Part shown: positions 15,986 through 26,124 of the stretch, in pieces | How the letters are laid out: every line of letters starts with the position of its first letter | How positions within the stretch are numbered: the stretch's first letter is position 1 | Source of the DNA: a virus | Taxonomy: Duplodnaviria > Caudoviricetes | DNA length: 30,968 nt | Strand: one strand, 5' to 3' | IMG/VR virus record: IMGVR_UViG_3300011335_000030 | Coordinates: 1 to 30,968 of that record | Made by a program: the position numbers and the translations under genes | The notes under the pieces: model-generated | Database searches by the model: none | What the model saw: only the letters and a program-made list of their open reading frames with translations | What the model was told of the DNA's origin: nothing

Positions 15986-17409
15986 CTTTTGGTGAGTGGA
16001 TGCCTGACCAGCCTAGCATTTCAGGTGTTTTAACTGATGCTAAAAATGTGGTTTCAAGAGCAATAGGATATGGGCCATTCCCTACGCCAGTTAGGTTTAG
16101 TTCTTCTGCTGCGGCTGAAGATTTAACAACTTTATATGCTGCTAAACAGCCAAATGGAAACACATCATTATTTGCTGCTGGTTCTACAAAAATCTATACT
16201 GTTAATGGATATGGGTCAATCACACAAGTCAAAACTGGAATGACAACTGGTGCTAATGATAGAGTGCGTTTTACTCAGTTTGGCAAGAGTGTTATTAGTA
16301 CAAATAATGCTGATAAATTACAGTCATGGACACTAGGCACTTCTACAGCATTTGCTGATTTATCAGCTACTGCGCCTATTGCTAAATACATAACTGTAGT
16401 GCGTGACTTTGTAGTTGTGGCTAATACTTATGAAAGTTCTGCACAACAGCAATATCGTGTTAGATGGTCAGCTATCAATGATGAAACAGATTGGACAGAG
16501 AATGTAAATACTCAGTCTGACTATCAAGATATTCCTGATGGTGGTCAAATTGTAGGAATTCGTGGAGGTGAGTTTGGTCTTATCTTTTTAGAGCGTTCTA
16601 TTCATAGAATGAGTTATGTAGGTACGCCTTTTATATTCCAGTTTGACAATATTTCTAGGAATAAAGGTTGCATGGTTGCTGGTTCTATTGCTCAGTATCA
16701 GGGGATTACATTCTTCCTATCAGATGATGGGTTTTATATGTGTGATGGGCAGCAAGTTGTCCCTATTGGTGCTGAAAAAGTAGATAGATACTTTATGGAA
16801 AACGCATCAGATTCAGACTATGGAACTATGTCTTCTGCTGTTGACCCAATGCGTAAATTGGTCATTTGGAACTATAAAACCATCTATGGAAATAGAAATG
16901 TAATTATTTACAATTTTGAAACAAAGAAGTGGACTTATGGCGATGCTGGAACAGACTACTTGTCTGAGGCATCATCATCTAATGTAACTCTTGAACAACT
17001 AGACAGTATTTCTACATCTATTGATGCTTTGACTACTTCTCTTGATTCACGCTTATATGTTGGTGGAAAGTATTTCCTTGGTGGAACACTTGGGGCGTAT
17101 GTAATGACTTATACAGGTGCTAACCAAACTGCCAATATAACAACTGGTGACTTAGATATTGGGGCTAATTCTGTAGTTACTTTGGCTAGACCAATTATTG
17201 ATAATGGTTCAGCTAATGTATCTATTGCTTCTCGTACACTATTAAACCAAAGTGTTAATTTTAGTACGCCAGTAGCAGCTAGTTCAGAGAATCGTGTTCC
17301 TTTGAGAAGTGCTGGTAGATACCATAGGTTAAAAGTCACGCCTACTGGTGCTGATTGGAATAATGCTATATCTGTTGATGTGGATGTAACTCCGCAGGGA
17401 GTTCGTTGA
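15967..17409 (+). CDS. Tail tube/nozzle (P22 gp10/T7 gp12-like beta-propeller) protein
   Basis: FGEWMPDQP, RVRWSAIND...W, FFLSDDGFY, PIGAEKVD; size and position. Confidence 0.75.
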   Translation: MATTKLTFGEWMPDQPSISGVLTDAKNVVSRAIGYGPFPTPVRFSSSAAAEDLTTLYAAKQPNGNTSLFAAGSTKIYTVNGYGSITQVKTGMTTGANDRVRFTQFGKSVISTNNADKLQSWTLGTSTAFADLSATAPIAKYITVVRDFVVVANTYESSAQQQYRVRWSAINDETDWTENVNTQSDYQDIPDGGQIVGIRGGEFGLIFLERSIHRMSYVGTPFIFQFDNISRNKGCMVAGSIAQYQGITFFLSDDGFYMCDGQQVVPIGAEKVDRYFMENASDSDYGTMSSAVDPMRKLVIWNYKTIYGNRNVIIYNFETKKWTYGDAGTDYLSEASSSNVTLEQLDSISTSIDALTTSLDSRLYVGGKYFLGGTLGAYVMTYTGANQTANITTGDLDIGANSVVTLARPIIDNGSANVSIASRTLLNQSVNFSTPVAASSENRVPLRSAGRYHRLKVTPTGADWNNAISVDVDVTPQGVR

Positions 17410-18206
17410 TGTTTAGAAGCCTACCTGCATTTGGTGGTGACCAGAGGGCTGTGGCAGAGGTTGTCCGTGGCATTATGGATGGAAAGACCAATAACACAGG
17501 AACTTTAACTCTGGCAACTGGTGGTGCTATTACTACCACTTTGACAGACAGAAGGATTGGCCCAGACAGCGTTATTTTGTTTGTACCAGCCTCTAGTGCA
17601 GCTTTTGGTGATTCTGCGCCTTATGGTGCTTTTCAAGATACAACTAATCAATCTGTAGCAAGTACAACAACAGCATATCCAATTACTTTTAATACTACTG
17701 ATTATTCTCATGGAATAACTCTATCAAGTGGCTCAAGACTTACTGCTGCAAGTGGTGGGCTATACAATATTCAGTTTTCATTGCAACTTAGTAATTTAGC
17801 CAATAGTACAGAAGATATTGAAATCTGGTTTAGAAAAAATGGCACAGATGTAAGTGGTTCAAATAGTATTTTTGGTCTAGCACCAAGGAAAAACTCAACA
17901 GACCCATATCATGTAATTGCAGCCATGAATTTCTTTCTGAATATGGCTGCTAATGACTATGTTGAGTTGATTTGGAGAGCAACCAATACTCTAGCAACCA
18001 TTAAAGCTACTGGTGCTGGTACAAGTCCAACTAGGCCAAGTACGCCATCTGCCATTGTGACTATGAATTTGGCGGCTACAAATGGTTCTGGAAACTCGAA
18101 CTATTACAGCGTTTATGTCAGTTCACAAGGTCAAGGTGTGGCGACAATTAGCCACTTTGCAAATTCAACGGCTAATAAGACATATCGGTATGCAATTATT
18201 GGTTGA
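17406..18206 (+). CDS. Tail-associated protein with inserted C1q/TNF-like jelly-roll domain
   Basis: PYGAFQ...PITFNT...GLYNIQFSLQL...IWFRKNG...NDYVELIW. Confidence 0.65.
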   Translation: MMFRSLPAFGGDQRAVAEVVRGIMDGKTNNTGTLTLATGGAITTTLTDRRIGPDSVILFVPASSAAFGDSAPYGAFQDTTNQSVASTTTAYPITFNTTDYSHGITLSSGSRLTAASGGLYNIQFSLQLSNLANSTEDIEIWFRKNGTDVSGSNSIFGLAPRKNSTDPYHVIAAMNFFLNMAANDYVELIWRATNTLATIKATGAGTSPTRPSTPSAIVTMNLAATNGSGNSNYYSVYVSSQGQGVATISHFANSTANKTYRYAIIG

Positions 18207-18257
18207 TTTTAATAATTTATGTATAATGGATTCCGTGGATGACCCATCTTGGAATCC
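18199..18257 (+). promoter_or_regulatory. Promoter and inverted repeat before the ejection-protein genes
   Basis: TTGGTT-17-TATAAT (18222-18227); GGATTCC...GGAATCC (18228-18257). Confidence 0.55.
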
Positions 18258-18276
18258 GAACTTTTAGGAGTAAAAG

Positions 18277-19158
18277 ATGGCAACTACTACCACATCCACA
18301 GTCGCACCAGAAATTTCACCATATTTGACATATGGTCTGCAACAGGCATCTAACCTTTATCAAGGTGGTGGACCGCAATACTACACAGGCGAAACCTTTG
18401 TAGCCCCATCGCAAACAACACAAGCAGGTCTTCAGGCAATGGAGACTCGTGCATTGGCAGGTAATCCTTTAACTGGACTTGCACAACAGCAGTTGCAGGG
18501 TACTTTGGGTGGTGCTTATCTGGGTGGTAACCCATTCTTTCAAGGTGCATTTGCCCCTGCTGCGCAAGCTGCCAAGTCACAATTTGACACAAGTCTTTCT
18601 GACATTGCCTCTAAATCTAGTTTAGCAGGGCGTTATGGTTCTGGTGCTATGGGTAACCTACAGAATCGTGCTACAGGTCAATATGCACAGGCTCTGACTA
18701 ATACAGCAGGTCAACTGGCTTACCAGAACTACGAGGCAGAGCGTCAGCGTCAGCAACAAGCCATTGGTGCAGCACCACAGTTAGCTGCTGCTGATTATCA
18801 AGACATTAACCAATTGTTAGCTGCTGGTCAGTTGCGTGAAGGTTATACAGGTCAACAGTTAGGTGCTGACATTCAGCGTTTTAACTTCTTACAAAACCAG
18901 CCACAACAGAACTTGCAGAACTATATGTCATTGGTGTATGGCAACCCATTAGGACGAGTTGGTTCTACTACGGCTGCAGGTTCTGCTGATACTTCTACCT
19001 TGCAGAAGGTATTGGGTACTGCTGCTACTGCTGCTGGCGTTTATAAGAATCTTGGTTCTCCAAGCTGGTTAAATCCTTTTGGCTCTACGCCAACAAATAC
19101 AAGTATGGGAACAATTGATGCTAATTACCCTGCTCTTGGCTCTAACTGGTGGGATTAA
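18277..19158 (+). CDS. Internal virion/DNA ejection protein
   Basis: AGGAG SD; Q/A/G-rich helical sequence; podoviral position. Confidence 0.7.
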   Translation: MATTTTSTVAPEISPYLTYGLQQASNLYQGGGPQYYTGETFVAPSQTTQAGLQAMETRALAGNPLTGLAQQQLQGTLGGAYLGGNPFFQGAFAPAAQAAKSQFDTSLSDIASKSSLAGRYGSGAMGNLQNRATGQYAQALTNTAGQLAYQNYEAERQRQQQAIGAAPQLAAADYQDINQLLAAGQLREGYTGQQLGADIQRFNFLQNQPQQNLQNYMSLVYGNPLGRVGSTTAAGSADTSTLQKVLGTAATAAGVYKNLGSPSWLNPFGSTPTNTSMGTIDANYPALGSNWWD

Positions 19159-19161
19159 AAT

Positions 19162-20547
19162 ATGGCTGGACTATTAGATATTTTTGGTACAGGCGGTGCA
19201 GACACAATGGGTCTGCTAGGTATGTCACCTGCGGATATTCAGCGTAATCGTGAAGACGTACAGGCACAAGCCTTGTATGCACTAGCTGGCAGACTATTCC
19301 AAGGAGGGAATACTGGTCAGTCTATTGCAGAAGGCTTGCAACTTGGTCAAAAAGCCTACAAAGGTGGTATGCAAGGTGCTTTACAAGAGCAACTGCAAAA
19401 TGTTCAGTTATCTGAAATGTTGCGTAAGAAGAAGCAAGAAGAACAAATGCGTCAACTTGCACCACAAATATTTACTACGACAACTACGCCAGCAATTGAA
19501 GGTAAACCTGCTCAAATGGTTGAGGAGGATGGTCGCTATATTGGTGAAACTCCAGAAGTTCAAGCAAGGGCTGCTCAGACTACACGCACGATTGACCCTA
19601 ACAAGTTGCAAGCATTGGCTATGTTGTCATCTGACCCAATTGCGTCATTGTCGCAAATGGCTAAACTTGTTCCTGACTTGCGTAAAGCAGGGTTTCTTGG
19701 TGGCGGTGGTCAAGAAGACAATCCATTCTTGCAGTTTACTTCTGACCCAACAATTCCAGCGCATCTTAAAAATCTTGCTACTCAATATGCGACTAGTTAT
19801 AGCAAAGGTCTAATTGACCCTGAGAAAGCTGACCAGCGAGTAAAAGAAATATCTGATGCTGTTGGCAGAAGTCAGCAATTCCAGCAGTCTCAAGCAAGTC
19901 TTGATGCTATGAGAGCGGCTAATGAAGCCAATCAAAAAATAATGCGCCAGATGGAAGCTAATCGTCAAACTGATACACAAAAATATAGAGAACTTCAAGC
20001 TGAGAATACATCTCAAATGATTGAATTAAGAAAAGCTGCTGAAGCTAATAAGCCTGAACAATTCTCTTATGCTCAGAAGAAAGAGTTTGATGTTCTTACG
20101 AAAGCAAAAGAAGAAGCAAACAAGGCTGACAATATGTCTGCTGTTGCTATGAGAGCAGCACCATTGCTTGAACAGGCATATGGTGGACGCATTGAAGCTG
20201 GCGTTAAGGGTGTTGGTGCTGCATTTGGAATTGGCTCTGCTGCTAAAGATGCAAATGATAGATTGACTACATTGTCTCAATCTTTGGCTTTGAATTCACC
20301 TAAGTTTAGTGGTCCAACATCTGATGCAGATGCAAAACGCTATGACAAAGCAGTTGGTGACTTGGCTAATCCGACAGTATCTTTACAGTCTAAACAAGAC
20401 TCTATTAAAGATATTCAGTATTTGTCACAGAAAGCTAAAGCATACGCTGAACAGGCTGAAAACTACTTCTACGAAAACAATAAGAGTTTGCGTGGATTTA
20501 AGTTTATTGCGCCTCCAGACCCATTCAATAATCCTTACGCTAGGTAA
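19162..20547 (+). CDS. Internal virion/DNA ejection protein
   Basis: MAGLLD start; helical, coiled coil; position. Confidence 0.65.
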   Translation: MAGLLDIFGTGGADTMGLLGMSPADIQRNREDVQAQALYALAGRLFQGGNTGQSIAEGLQLGQKAYKGGMQGALQEQLQNVQLSEMLRKKKQEEQMRQLAPQIFTTTTTPAIEGKPAQMVEEDGRYIGETPEVQARAAQTTRTIDPNKLQALAMLSSDPIASLSQMAKLVPDLRKAGFLGGGGQEDNPFLQFTSDPTIPAHLKNLATQYATSYSKGLIDPEKADQRVKEISDAVGRSQQFQQSQASLDAMRAANEANQKIMRQMEANRQTDTQKYRELQAENTSQMIELRKAAEANKPEQFSYAQKKEFDVLTKAKEEANKADNMSAVAMRAAPLLEQAYGGRIEAGVKGVGAAFGIGSAAKDANDRLTTLSQSLALNSPKFSGPTSDADAKRYDKAVGDLANPTVSLQSKQDSIKDIQYLSQKAKAYAEQAENYFYENNKSLRGFKFIAPPDPFNNPYAR

Positions 20548-20549
20548 TT

Positions 20550-22796
20550 ATGGAAAAGCCAACAGCTAAAGATATTGCTTATTTAAAAGCGCATCCAGAG
20601 ACAGCATCACAGTTTGATGAAATCTTTGGTAAAGGCTTGTCTGCAAAATTAGTTCCTCAAAGTGCTGATGCTGCAACATTTGGTTTGTATCCGCAAATGG
20701 GTACAAAACGAGCAGGGCGTTCTGAGGACTCATCTGTTAAATATGCAGGGGCTGCAACTCGTGGATTGGCTGCGCCTTTAGTTGGTGCTTTGGCTGGTAC
20801 ACCACTTGGTCCTGTTGGACAACTTGCTGGCTCTATGGCTGTTCCAGTTGGTGATGCTCTTAACGCACTCATCAACATGATTCTTATCGGTGGCGAACAA
20901 CTTACTGGTAAGGATTTGCCTCGTTTACAGATGCTGTCTAAAACAGTCCAAGACGCTATGACAAGTGCGGGGGTAGCAAAGCCTGAGACAACTGGTCAGC
21001 GCATGGTAGAGGCTGGTTTTGGGGCTTTGGGTAGCACAGGCGCAGCAATATCTTCATTGCCAAACATTGCTAGACAAGCAACTACACCATTGGCACGAGA
21101 AATGGCTACTCGCATGGCAGTTAACCCTGCACAGCAACTAGCAACGGCTGTACCTGCTGGCGCAGTAAGTCAGTTCGTTGGCGAAAAAGCACAACCCATT
21201 GTTGGTGATATTCCAGCTAGTGTTTTGGGCATGGCTGCTGGTATTCCAGTAGGTTCTATGGGTATGCAAACTAAAGCAAGACCAGTAGAGCCTTTGACAT
21301 TTGCAGAGCAGCGTAATGCGGCTATGGCTGGTAAGGCTAAAGTTCTTGGATTTACTGATGAGTTAGGTTTAACACCTGCTCAAGCTGGCGCAGGTAAAAC
21401 TGCTCAATTGTTTGAAGCTGTTGCTTCTACATTGCCATTCTCATCTTCTCAGTTTACCAAGAAGTTTAATCTTCAAGCAGACCATGCAGAACGAGTTTTG
21501 AACTCAATTGCTAATATGTTTGGTGGTATGCCAAGCGCACCTGATGTCGCGTTCTCTGGTGGTGCTAAAGCTGTTAGACAAGCTGCTGAAAATAATGTTA
21601 GCAAGATTGGTGAAGCAATTAAAAATGTTTCTTCTCAATCTGATATTGTTTTGGCAGAAGTACCTAATTTTAAATCTGAAATTATGAAGGCACGAGAGAT
21701 ACTTAACTCTTTGCCTCCATCAGTCAGAAAAGAGCCATTATTTAAAAGTTTTGAAGAATTCTATTTTGGTGCAAAAAATGAGGCATTAGAACGACAAGTT
21801 CAGGCGGCATTGGATGAGGCTGGTCTAAAGCCAACTAATCCTAACTACAAACAGTTTGGTGACAAGATTCGTCAAGAATTGATTAACTCTGGTACGCCAG
21901 AATACTCATATCAAGGATACGAGCAAAAGGGCTATATCTCTGGTTCTGACTATCAAGACCAGCGCAAGTTGTTTAGTGACTTGGCTTATGAAAAGCGTGG
22001 CTCTAAGATTGGTGAAGCCTTTAGACAGTTGCGTGATACGCTAGATAACGCACGAGACATTACATTTAAGAATCAAGGTCTTGATGCAGAAGCAGCAAAA
22101 CTCAAGGATTTGCGTTCTTCCTATGGTGAGGCAGTTAACTTAAATCAGCGTTTCTCAAATGCTAAAGACTCAACTATTGTTAAGACTGTAGCAAACAATG
22201 AGAGTGGTGCTGCTGAAAAGATTATTCCATTGCTAGATGAAGAAGGTAAATTGATGTTGGCTCGTGGTGTATTGGCTGACATTAAACTTGGTTCATTGAA
22301 TAATGCTGGTGAATTGGATATTACTAAGTTTGGTAAGAATCTGATTAAGACTGATGAAAAATCTCCATCTACATTGCCAAGCATTTTTGGTCAAGAGCCA
22401 GCTAGTGCAATGGTAGCTTTGGCTGATGTTGCTCAGACTGCATTGAAGCCTAAGATTGGAAGTTCTCAGACAAGTGAGCGTAAAACAATGACAGAGATGC
22501 TTACATCAGGACCAGCTAAAGCCGCAGGTATCTTAACAGGTACTGCTGCAATGGGTGTTCCAGTAGCTGCTACTGCTGCTAGTTTGGCGTTCCCTGCATT
22601 GGCTACAAAAGCATATTTGAATCCTACTGTTCAGAGTTTGTATGAGCGTTTGAACATTACAGACCCATTGTTGAATTACATGGCTTCACCAGCAGAAGCA
22701 ACTCAGATGTTTGCTGCTTCACCACAGGGTTTATTAGGTCTTGCGCCTCAATTACCATATCGACTTGATTTAACTGGAATGGCTAACCCCGAATAA
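20550..22796 (+). CDS. Large internal virion/DNA transfer protein
   Basis: 748 aa with GA-rich hydrophobic segments near both ends; LTPAQ motif; position before fibre. Confidence 0.65.
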   Translation: MEKPTAKDIAYLKAHPETASQFDEIFGKGLSAKLVPQSADAATFGLYPQMGTKRAGRSEDSSVKYAGAATRGLAAPLVGALAGTPLGPVGQLAGSMAVPVGDALNALINMILIGGEQLTGKDLPRLQMLSKTVQDAMTSAGVAKPETTGQRMVEAGFGALGSTGAAISSLPNIARQATTPLAREMATRMAVNPAQQLATAVPAGAVSQFVGEKAQPIVGDIPASVLGMAAGIPVGSMGMQTKARPVEPLTFAEQRNAAMAGKAKVLGFTDELGLTPAQAGAGKTAQLFEAVASTLPFSSSQFTKKFNLQADHAERVLNSIANMFGGMPSAPDVAFSGGAKAVRQAAENNVSKIGEAIKNVSSQSDIVLAEVPNFKSEIMKAREILNSLPPSVRKEPLFKSFEEFYFGAKNEALERQVQAALDEAGLKPTNPNYKQFGDKIRQELINSGTPEYSYQGYEQKGYISGSDYQDQRKLFSDLAYEKRGSKIGEAFRQLRDTLDNARDITFKNQGLDAEAAKLKDLRSSYGEAVNLNQRFSNAKDSTIVKTVANNESGAAEKIIPLLDEEGKLMLARGVLADIKLGSLNNAGELDITKFGKNLIKTDEKSPSTLPSIFGQEPASAMVALADVAQTALKPKIGSSQTSERKTMTEMLTSGPAKAAGILTGTAAMGVPVAATAASLAFPALATKAYLNPTVQSLYERLNITDPLLNYMASPAEATQMFAASPQGLLGLAPQLPYRLDLTGMANPE

Positions 22797-22804
22797 GGAC
22801 TAAC

Positions 22805-24313
22805 ATGGCAAAAACAAAGATTAGTGAATGGAGTTCAACTCCAGCAAATAACACAGACATTGATAGTATCAATATTGCAGAGGGTTGTGCGCCATCTGGC
22901 ATTAACGATGCTATCCGTGAAATGATGTCACAGGTTAAAGACTTGTACTCTGGAACTACTGGAGATGCAATTTCTATTGCTGGCGGTGGTACAGGACAAA
23001 CTACTGCTACTGCTGCGTTCAATGCTCTAGCACCTAGTCAAACAAGTAACTCAGGTAAGTATTTAACAACTGATGGAACAAATAGTTCTTGGGCTACTGT
23101 TGCTACTACTTCTGCTGCTACGCCTACTGCATTGGGTACTGTTTATGGAAATACTCCATCAACATCAGGAAGAACATTTATAGGTTATGAGGTTGCACCA
23201 AATGCGCCTACTTATACAACAGCAGTAGGAAATCAGGCTGCTTACAATGTAACGGCTACAAATGGTTCTTATGGTGGCGCATATTTTGGTCAAAAGGCTG
23301 GTTATTCAGGCACAACAGGAACTGACAATTGTTTTATTGGTCATTGGTCTGGTAATGCAACAACAACAGGCTCAAATAATTCCGCTGTTGGTGCAGGTTC
23401 ATTATTTTCAAATACTACAGGTGCTAATAATGTTGCCGTAGGATGGGAATCTCTTAAATCAAACACCACAGCATCTAACAATGCGGCTGTAGGTTATCGT
23501 GCGCTTTACGCAAACACCACGGGCTATTCAAATGTTGCCGTTGGTTCTGCGGCTTTAAGTTCAGTTACAACTGGTGCTGCTAATGTGGCAGTTGGTACTG
23601 ATGCTTTGCTTTCAAATACTGCTGATAGCAATACTGCTGTTGGGCATTATGCAATGCGTGGAAACTCTACTGGAAGTTATAGTGCTGCAATAGGCCAACA
23701 AGCACTATATGCTCAGACAACAGGCGGGTATAACACTTCCGTAGGCTTTCAAGCTGGTTATTCAATTACAACTGGAATAAGTAACACAATAGTTGGGTGT
23801 TATACCGCTAGTAGCGTTTTGACTACTGGTTCTCGCAACACTTATATGGGTTATGGCGTTACTCCATCTTCATCAGGTGTGACAGATGAAATTGTTATTG
23901 CTGGAGGCGGTGGTGGTACTGGAAAAGGAAGCAGTACAGGATTTATTAACCCTGCAACTGGTGGTGTTTACCAAGGTAATAACTCAGCAACATGGTCTAT
24001 AACTTCTGACCAACGCCTAAAGAAAAACATTGTTGATAATAATGTAGGATTAGATGCAATAAATGCAATTCGTGTTCGTAATTTTGAGTATCGTTTGCCT
24101 GAAGAAGTTACCGAATTACCACAAGACCAAGCAATTAAAAAAACTGGCATTCAACTTGGTGCAATTGCTCAAGAATTGCAAGCTGTTTTGCCTGATTGTG
24201 TTAAAACCGAATCAACTGGCGTTATGTCTGTAAATTCAGATAACCTGACTTGGTACTTAATCAACGCAGTCAAAGAATTGTCTGCCCGTGTAAAACAATT
24301 GGAAGGAAACTGA
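22805..24313 (+). CDS. Tail fibre with N.AVG..AL..NTTG repeats and C-terminal intramolecular chaperone (peptidase S74)
   Basis: AAGGA SD; 14-aa repeats; SDQRLKKNI, G.IAQEL..VLP, LINAVKELS. Confidence 0.9.
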   Translation: MAKTKISEWSSTPANNTDIDSINIAEGCAPSGINDAIREMMSQVKDLYSGTTGDAISIAGGGTGQTTATAAFNALAPSQTSNSGKYLTTDGTNSSWATVATTSAATPTALGTVYGNTPSTSGRTFIGYEVAPNAPTYTTAVGNQAAYNVTATNGSYGGAYFGQKAGYSGTTGTDNCFIGHWSGNATTTGSNNSAVGAGSLFSNTTGANNVAVGWESLKSNTTASNNAAVGYRALYANTTGYSNVAVGSAALSSVTTGAANVAVGTDALLSNTADSNTAVGHYAMRGNSTGSYSAAIGQQALYAQTTGGYNTSVGFQAGYSITTGISNTIVGCYTASSVLTTGSRNTYMGYGVTPSSSGVTDEIVIAGGGGGTGKGSSTGFINPATGGVYQGNNSATWSITSDQRLKKNIVDNNVGLDAINAIRVRNFEYRLPEEVTELPQDQAIKKTGIQLGAIAQELQAVLPDCVKTESTGVMSVNSDNLTWYLINAVKELSARVKQLEGN

Positions 24314-24314
24314 A

Positions 24315-24524
24315 ATGATTGAACCAACACCCGCACAAATTGCACAGCACTACTCTGCCGCAATGGACAGCGTGAACCTCATCAACGCAGGTCAACCTGA
24401 AGGCATGACTGCTGAAGATTGGGCTGACTGCCTATCACGCAACAAAGAGCATTTGCGAATTATGTTGGCTAAAGACTTCTGGACAACAGAAGATTTGTCA
24501 CCATTGCAGGCGGCTTCTGCATAA
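24315..24524 (+). CDS. Small protein following the tail fibre
   Basis: AAGGA SD; 69-aa ORF. Confidence 0.8.
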   Translation: MIEPTPAQIAQHYSAAMDSVNLINAGQPEGMTAEDWADCLSRNKEHLRIMLAKDFWTTEDLSPLQAASA

Positions 24525-24526
24525 TC

Positions 24527-24754
24527 ATGGAAGACAAAGTAACCCATAGTCAAATCTACGAGAGACTGCTTGCAGTTGAAAGTAAGGTAGATGACATAGA
24601 TAAGAATACAAAAGGGCTTGTAGAGGCTATAAATGCTCTAGAAGGTGCTTTCAAAGTTCTTGGATGGGTTGCATCTGTTGCTAAACCACTTCTATGGATA
24701 GGTGGGTTAATCATGGCGGCTGGCGCAGTCTGGCAAACATGGATTAAAAAATGA
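24527..24754 (+). CDS. Coiled-coil plus C-terminal TM protein (holin/XhlA-like candidate)
   Basis: ERLLAVESKVD coiled coil followed by hydrophobic helices. Confidence 0.65.
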   Translation: MEDKVTHSQIYERLLAVESKVDDIDKNTKGLVEAINALEGAFKVLGWVASVAKPLLWIGGLIMAAGAVWQTWIKK

Positions 24755-24843
24755 TTGATTGGCTAGAAGCTATTATTGCTCTAGCCTTTCTTTTTTGCTT
24801 TGTTATGTTTTGTAGTTATGTCATTCTTTGGGCAATGCCGTGA
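24751..24843 (+). CDS. 30-aa TM peptide (not in ORF track)
   Basis: ATGA and GTGA coupling at both ends; MIDWLEAIIALAFLFCFVMFCSYVILWAMP. Confidence 0.65.
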   Translation: MIDWLEAIIALAFLFCFVMFCSYVILWAMP

Positions 24844-25127
24844 GATGGTTAGCAGCACTTGTTCTTACTTTAGCACTTCAATCTACAGGAAAAGACCTAT
24901 GTAGTGTGCGTGAGTTTTACTCAATTGCTTGGGGTGTACATGACCCAACTGAGAGACATAGACAAATGGCTGAATGGCTTACAAAACATCAGAACTTATG
25001 TAAAAGTACCGACTTTATCGTCATATGGAACAACATGAGTGAGTGGGGTGGAACTTCTGATAGTCATAATTTAAGGGCATTGGTTATATCTGGTTACAAA
25101 GTAGCACTTGAGAGGGAGAAAAAGTAA
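24840..25127 (+). CDS. Putative secreted protein
   Basis: GTG start; signal-peptide-like MRWLAALVLTLALQS; two Cys. Confidence 0.7.
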   Translation: MRWLAALVLTLALQSTGKDLCSVREFYSIAWGVHDPTERHRQMAEWLTKHQNLCKSTDFIVIWNNMSEWGGTSDSHNLRALVISGYKVALEREKK

Positions 25128-25360
25128 TGGATGTAATACGCCTTTTTCCTATGATTCATCCATCTGGTTATCCTGATAAAACAGATGTTACACAAAGAAG
25201 AATTGAAAAGCATCAAGAAGAATACCATGCGTCTTTAGAGCAAAAAAAAGTGCAAGATAAAATTCAAGATATAGCGTTTGAGCTATATGTTAAAAAAGCT
25301 GAACAAAATAAGTTAAGACTCGAAATATTTAATAATCGTAAGTTAGATATTTATGTGTGA
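25127..25360 (+). CDS. Hypothetical protein
   Basis: TAATG coupling; GGAG SD; ends LDIYV. Confidence 0.75.
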   Translation: MDVIRLFPMIHPSGYPDKTDVTQRRIEKHQEEYHASLEQKKVQDKIQDIAFELYVKKAEQNKLRLEIFNNRKLDIYV

Positions 25361-25366
25361 GGATAT

Positions 25367-25627
25367 ATGGACAACAATCCAGATGTAGTTGGTAAATTGA
25401 CATATTCAGTTACTTTAATGGTAGCTTCAACCCTATGCTTATCAGTATTGGGCATGGTGGCGGCTTTCTTACTTGGCTTATGGGCAAAGGAAGTTGACAA
25501 TGCAGAAATTTTTGCAATGTTGCATCCAGCTTTTCAAACCATTATTGGTGGTTTTATTGGCCTATTGGCTGGTGTGAAACTATCTCATGGTGACAAACAC
25601 CATAAATGCAGACATTGTGAGGACTAA
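25367..25627 (+). CDS. Two-TM membrane protein
   Basis: GAGGA SD; two hydrophobic helices; PAFQTIIGGFIGLLAGVKL. Confidence 0.8.
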   Translation: MDNNPDVVGKLTYSVTLMVASTLCLSVLGMVAAFLLGLWAKEVDNAEIFAMLHPAFQTIIGGFIGLLAGVKLSHGDKHHKCRHCED

Positions 25628-25629
25628 TC

Positions 25630-26124
25630 ATGTTTGAAATGTTATCTGGTGGTTTGCTAGGTTCTATCTTTGGTGGCGTTTTTCGCCTAGCACCTGAAGT
25701 CCTAAAGTGGATGGATAAAAAGAATGAGCGTGAGCATGAACTTAATATGTTCAAGTTCCAATGCGACTTGGAAGCACAGCGTGGTCAGCAGAAACTAGCT
25801 GAGATTGGCGCACAAAGAGAAGCAGCCATTGATGTAGGTGCAATGGATGCCTTTAACAATGCCATTACACAGCAAGCAGAGATGGTTAAGGCTGCTGGTG
25901 GATGGGTAGCTAGTCTTTCTGCTTCTGTGCGTCCAGTGGTTACTTATTGGGTGCTATTTGTATGGTCATTTATCCATGTATGGTTTGCATATAACGCTTG
26001 GTTAAATGGTGCGCCAGCTACTGAAGTCTTTAAAACAATGATGACTCCAGACTTTTCTGCATTGCTCTCAGGAACTATTAACTACTGGTTTCTTGACCGC
26101 ACTTTGTCTAAGCGTGGGTTATGA
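25630..26124 (+). CDS. Holin (GTA 3TM holin-like)
   Basis: ASVRPVVTY and YWFLDR motifs; TM segments; directly upstream of endolysin. Confidence 0.75.
   Translation: MFEMLSGGLLGSIFGGVFRLAPEVLKWMDKKNEREHELNMFKFQCDLEAQRGQQKLAEIGAQREAAIDVGAMDAFNNAITQQAEMVKAAGGWVASLSASVRPVVTYWVLFVWSFIHVWFAYNAWLNGAPATEVFKTMMTPDFSALLSGTINYWFLDRTLSKRGL

Noticed and set aside
19325-19813. 162-aa alternative-frame ORF inside an ejection gene, and other shadow ORFs
   Set aside because: Composition typical of off-frame reading; no SD or motif, unlike the 21-506 case.
23340-23860. Tail-fibre repeats as a DGR or invertible region
   Set aside because: No reverse transcriptase, template repeat or invertase in the window; ordinary 14-aa structural repeats.
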